From a virus, in the IMG/VR virus record IMGVR_UViG_3300036781_000607, positions 1 through 55,909 of that record: a DNA stretch of 55,909 nucleotides, one strand, 5' to 3'. Shown piece after piece: positions 52,640 to 55,909 of the stretch. The position numbers were made by a program, and so were the translations under genes. Under the pieces are notes generated by a model, which had not been told where the DNA came from, did not search any database, and saw only the letters and a list, made by a program, of their open reading frames with translations. Position 1 is the first letter of the stretch. Every line of letters starts with the position of its first letter.

Positions 52640-55600
52640 TTGCTGCCCGGTCTAAAACAAATTGAATATTCTTACCGCTTACTGTTGCTGTCAGTTGTCC
52701 AAATGAGTTTAGGTCAACTCCTGTCACAATACCCTGTTGTGTCATCCGGCCGATAATAGAAGTTGTGTAAGCTAAAGCATTTTGCCGCGCCAGTAATTCA
52801 TTGGTTTCCTGTTGCTGCTCTAATTGCTGCTGTTGTAACTCTTCTTGCTTTTTAGCTTTAGAGGCGCTAAAAATACCTCCAATAGCCCCTACAACAGCAC
52901 CTATAGCTGTTCCTATTATTGGCCCCCCTAAAGCGGTACCTACCAAAGCTCCCTCCCCGGCACCTGTTAACGCCCCGCCTAATGCACTTGTAGCGGTATT
53001 GGTAGGTTTTCCTAAACCTGACACTATACTACCTGCCAAACTTGCTGCGGCGGCTAAACCTGCGGCAGCGGTTGATAATTTATTAGATGAGGTTGTCGCT
53101 CCGGTTGTTTGTATCTGTTGTGACAAACGCGAGGCAGCAACTGCCTGATCTGCAAATGAACCACCCGCAGCATCAATATTTTCTCCGAATTTATCCGCTG
53201 TAGCTATTACGCCGGTATTAAAAGTACTTTGTTGAGTCACTACTCCTTCAGCGGTTGTATCAACAGCCCCTAAAGCACTTCCCCCCGATGCACCGCTTAA
53301 AAGGCCCGGTGAAACAATTCCCGCAAAGCTATTTGCTACACTTACAGCAGCCTGAGTAACTTTTGCGGCAAAATCATCTCCGGCTTGTTTAATTTGAGTA
53401 CCTAAATCCCCGGAAGCGCTTTTAAGGGTTGCTGCTAATTGTTGCGCGGCCTGTTGATCAGGTGATATAGTAAGTTGTTTCGCGGTCGGAGTAAGTAATC
53501 TTTTACCAAGACTTTCAGTAAATTGTTTGGTAAAGCTATTTAAAATACTTTCGTTAAACGTAGACTGGAATTTAGTAACTAAAGAACTAAAGATAGCTTC
53601 AAACGATGTAGTACTTTGTTCTTCGAGTTTTTTCAGATTATTAATCTGATTAATAGTACTTTCATTTTGAGCAGCAGTAATTTTACCGTCCCCTGCTGCT
53701 ACGCTGTTTGCGTAGTCAATCTGCTGCTGTTGTAACTGCTGACTGTACTTATCATCAATAGTTTGACGTTGCGCCCCTAAAGTAGTCAAGCTGGTATAGA
53801 AATTGGATACAAAACCCTGTACGGCCCCTTGTAGCGCATCTGCAAACGGTTTTGATATTACCTCAGATACCTGCGCCTTAATTGATAAATTAATAACATC
53901 AGTAACTTGTTTTTCTACCGCTGTTAACTGATCGAAAGTAGCTTGTGGTGCTTTAGCACCGGTTGCAATATCCCGTAACTTATTAAAATCAGCCTGTGCC
54001 TGTGTTATACGTCTTTGACCTTCAAGAATTATTTTATCAGTTCGTGCCTGTTCCCCGTTATCAAGTAATTGAAAAGCTTCATTAGCTATATCTACTATCT
54101 TGCCATAGGTTTCGGTTTCCTGTTCAATATATTTGGCGTCCGCGGCTTGTATAGCCTGCGGAAAAGCAGCATCTGCGGCCGCTTTAATTCTTAGTTCAGC
54201 CTGCGTATCTCCGAATTTTTTACTCTCGGCTATTATATTGTCATAAAGCCTTTTGATACGGGATAGTTCTTCATTATAACCTGCCTGCTGTTTTATACCA
54301 AACTGATCATTTATTTTTTGTATTGCATCATCTGTTTTTTGAGCTTCCTCTATCGATGCATCACTTAATTCTTTTTGCTGTGCCAAAGCAGAATTATTTT
54401 CCCCTGTATTTAAACCGCTTTTATCCGCATCAAATTCTTTTTGCTGTTTAGGAGTACGTGGTTTATCGGCAAGAGCCGCGAGCTTTTGTGCCTGTATTGA
54501 TAAACTTTCATTAATCTTAATGTAGTTATCATTTATTTTTTGAACTTTTAATGCGTAGCCCACTAACCCGCTATCATTGGCGAGAGCTCCGATTTTATTA
54601 ATGATCTCTGTTAAAGAATTACCAATAGCAATATATGGATCTGCACTTGATACACCGCCTCCTTTACCTAATAGAACATCAAGTTCAGCCTGATCTGCTT
54701 TAATTTTAGCTAATACTTCCTGATAATTTTGAGCTTTCGGTAATATTTTTTCAAGTTGTGAAATTTCATTTTGTAAAAACCCTATTCTATTATCAGGTTG
54801 TTGGTTAGCGGTAGTTTGTTTTTGATACTGTGCTGCTAACTTATTAAATTTATCCTGTTGTGCAGAAGCTCCGTTAACCGCGGCTGAGTATTTAAAAACT
54901 TGATCGTTCGCAGCTGCGTAGGCTTTTTCTAAACTCTCTAATATCGCAGCTGCCCCCTGCCCGCTACTACCTCCCGTACCTAAACTGACACTTGGCGTAT
55001 TTGCAACTTGTTTTCTCGCGGCTTCTAATTGTTTATAAGCGGCTAAAGCTTTTTGAACAGAATCATCCAGAGCAACTTGATTTGCTATTTGTGATACCGC
55101 TGCATCCCCGCTTAATTTAAATGCCGCATTAGCTAAGGCTAAATTTTTTAAACCGTCAATTGCTTTACTGATAGCATCAGTAAAAGCCTGCGTGCCTATT
55201 TGAGATTGAGTTATACCGGCGAAATATTCAGGAAATTTTCCTTGTAAATTTTCAAAAGCTTCCGTTTCACCTTGTATAGAGTCTTTATTGTTATTTATAG
55301 CGTTAACGAAAGAATTTAGTTCGTTAACGCTGTTGGCTATTTCAGCAGCAGCCGCGGACTGAACTTTTTGAGATTCTGAAAGTGTGGATAGGTAATCATC
55401 TAAAGCCTGTTTTTGTTCGCGAAGGGCTTTTATATGTTCAGTAGCTGATTTAGTAGCATTTTTTTGTGAATTTTCATACGCTATTAACCCTGCACCTGCT
55501 GCTGCTATACCGAGTACAATTAAACTGGTAGGCGTTAATAAAGAAGCAAATGCCGCACCTAAAGCACCGGTGCTTAAAGCGGAGCCTGCGGCAACCTCAC

Positions 55601-55909
55601 CCTCAACAGCTATAGCTGTGGTAGCTGTTTTTGTAGCCCCTCCTGCAAATTGCGCGTTCTGGGCAAAAAATAAAAAGTCAACGGCAAGTAGTCCGATTGA
55701 CCGGGCAAATGTACCTACAGATGTTGAATCAAATGTTCTTACCAGGTCACGGGAAATCTGCCGGGCGCCGAATAGATTATTTGATAGTGCTACCAACTGC
55801 CCGTTCACGTTTGATACAGATATACCTTTTATTGAATTACCTAAACTATCAGCCCCTATTTTACCTACATTCAACGCTTGTTGTAATGACAATTCAATTT
55901 GTTGTGCTT
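52629..55909 (-). CDS. Tape measure protein, C-terminal part (joins 1-833 across the circular junction)
   Basis: Over 1000 aa, Ala/Gln-rich and coiled-coil-like, with a Gly-rich hydrophobic segment near the C-terminus. The frame stays open to the window end. Confidence 0.85.
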   Translation of the reverse strand, partial: AQQIELSLQQALNVGKIGADSLGNSIKGISVSNVNGQLVALSNNLFGARQISRDLVRTFDSTSVGTFARSIGLLAVDFLFFAQNAQFAGGATKTATTAIAVEGEVAAGSALSTGALGAAFASLLTPTSLIVLGIAAAGAGLIAYENSQKNATKSATEHIKALREQKQALDDYLSTLSESQKVQSAAAAEIANSVNELNSFVNAINNNKDSIQGETEAFENLQGKFPEYFAGITQSQIGTQAFTDAISKAIDGLKNLALANAAFKLSGDAAVSQIANQVALDDSVQKALAAYKQLEAARKQVANTPSVSLGTGGSSGQGAAAILESLEKAYAAANDQVFKYSAAVNGASAQQDKFNKLAAQYQKQTTANQQPDNRIGFLQNEISQLEKILPKAQNYQEVLAKIKADQAELDVLLGKGGGVSSADPYIAIGNSLTEIINKIGALANDSGLVGYALKVQKINDNYIKINESLSIQAQKLAALADKPRTPKQQKEFDADKSGLNTGENNSALAQQKELSDASIEEAQKTDDAIQKINDQFGIKQQAGYNEELSRIKRLYDNIIAESKKFGDTQAELRIKAAADAAFPQAIQAADAKYIEQETETYGKIVDIANEAFQLLDNGEQARTDKIILEGQRRITQAQADFNKLRDIATGAKAPQATFDQLTAVEKQVTDVINLSIKAQVSEVISKPFADALQGAVQGFVSNFYTSLTTLGAQRQTIDDKYSQQLQQQQIDYANSVAAGDGKITAAQNESTINQINNLKKLEEQSTTSFEAIFSSLVTKFQSTFNESILNSFTKQFTESLGKRLLTPTAKQLTISPDQQAAQQLAATLKSASGDLGTQIKQAGDDFAAKVTQAAVSVANSFAGIVSPGLLSGASGGSALGAVDTTAEGVVTQQSTFNTGVIATADKFGENIDAAGGSFADQAVAASRLSQQIQTTGATTSSNKLSTAAAGLAAAASLAGSIVSGLGKPTNTATSALGGALTGAGEGALVGTALGGPIIGTAIGAVVGAIGGIFSASKAKKQEELQQQQLEQQQETNELLARQNALAYTTSIIGRMTQQGIVTGVDLNSFGQLTATVSGKNIQFVLDRAANGR
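55783..55909. repeat. Terminal direct repeat identical to 1-127
   Basis: Exact 127-nt identity to the window start. Confidence 0.95.

Noticed and set aside
52801-53148. 115-aa plus-strand ORF (Cys/Ala/Pro-rich) inside the tape measure gene
   Set aside because: It is an antisense frame of the low-complexity Gly/Ala-rich tape measure segment. The composition is an artefact of the opposite strand.
1-55909. CRISPR array, integrase/attP or lysogeny module
   Set aside because: I saw no spacer-repeat array and no tyrosine or serine recombinase motifs in any ORF of the track. The tRNA-like element has both halves present, so it is not a simple attP tRNA fragment.

Overview
The window is a complete, circularly closed tailed-phage genome of about 55.8 kb. 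Bases 1-127 are identical to 55783-55909, which is an assembly overlap, and the tape measure gene runs across that junction. The morphogenesis genes are HK97-like and siphovirus-style, all on the minus strand: small and large terminase, portal, prohead protease, major capsid, connector and neck proteins, two tail-tube paralogs, G/G-T chaperones with an A AAA AAG -1 slippery site, a ~1328-aa tape measure, distal tail and fiber proteins, a beta-helix depolymerase, a cluster of small membrane proteins, a GH25 endolysin and a holin-like protein. The replication and early genes are mostly on the plus strand: an iteron array, a VirE-type primase-helicase, nucleases, Nudix, an SNF2 helicase, family A DNA polymerase, a DUF2800 nuclease, a DUF2815 SSB and 3-4 DNA methyltransferases. 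I saw no integrase or lysogeny module. Promoter-like elements match the Bacteroidota -33 TTG / -7 TAnnTTTG pattern, so a Bacteroidota host is inferred. The main find is a diversity-generating retroelement (DGR) at 26.7-29.2 kb: a 76-nt template repeat, two variable repeats that differ from it only at template adenines, and a DGR-type reverse transcriptase. The two targets are tandem, unusually small (138 and 145 aa) proteins in the early region, with no recognisable avd and an HNH gene downstream. Other notable items: an ~8-kb glycosyltransferase/methyltransferase cassette inserted antisense inside the structural operon; a gene with a single in-frame TAG; a tRNA-Leu-like gene carrying a ~100-nt structured insert; repeated hairpin-plus-leader elements; tandem box-plus-terminator units upstream of the late genes; and five free-standing homing-endonuclease genes. 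All product calls rest on motifs read by eye, with no database searches.
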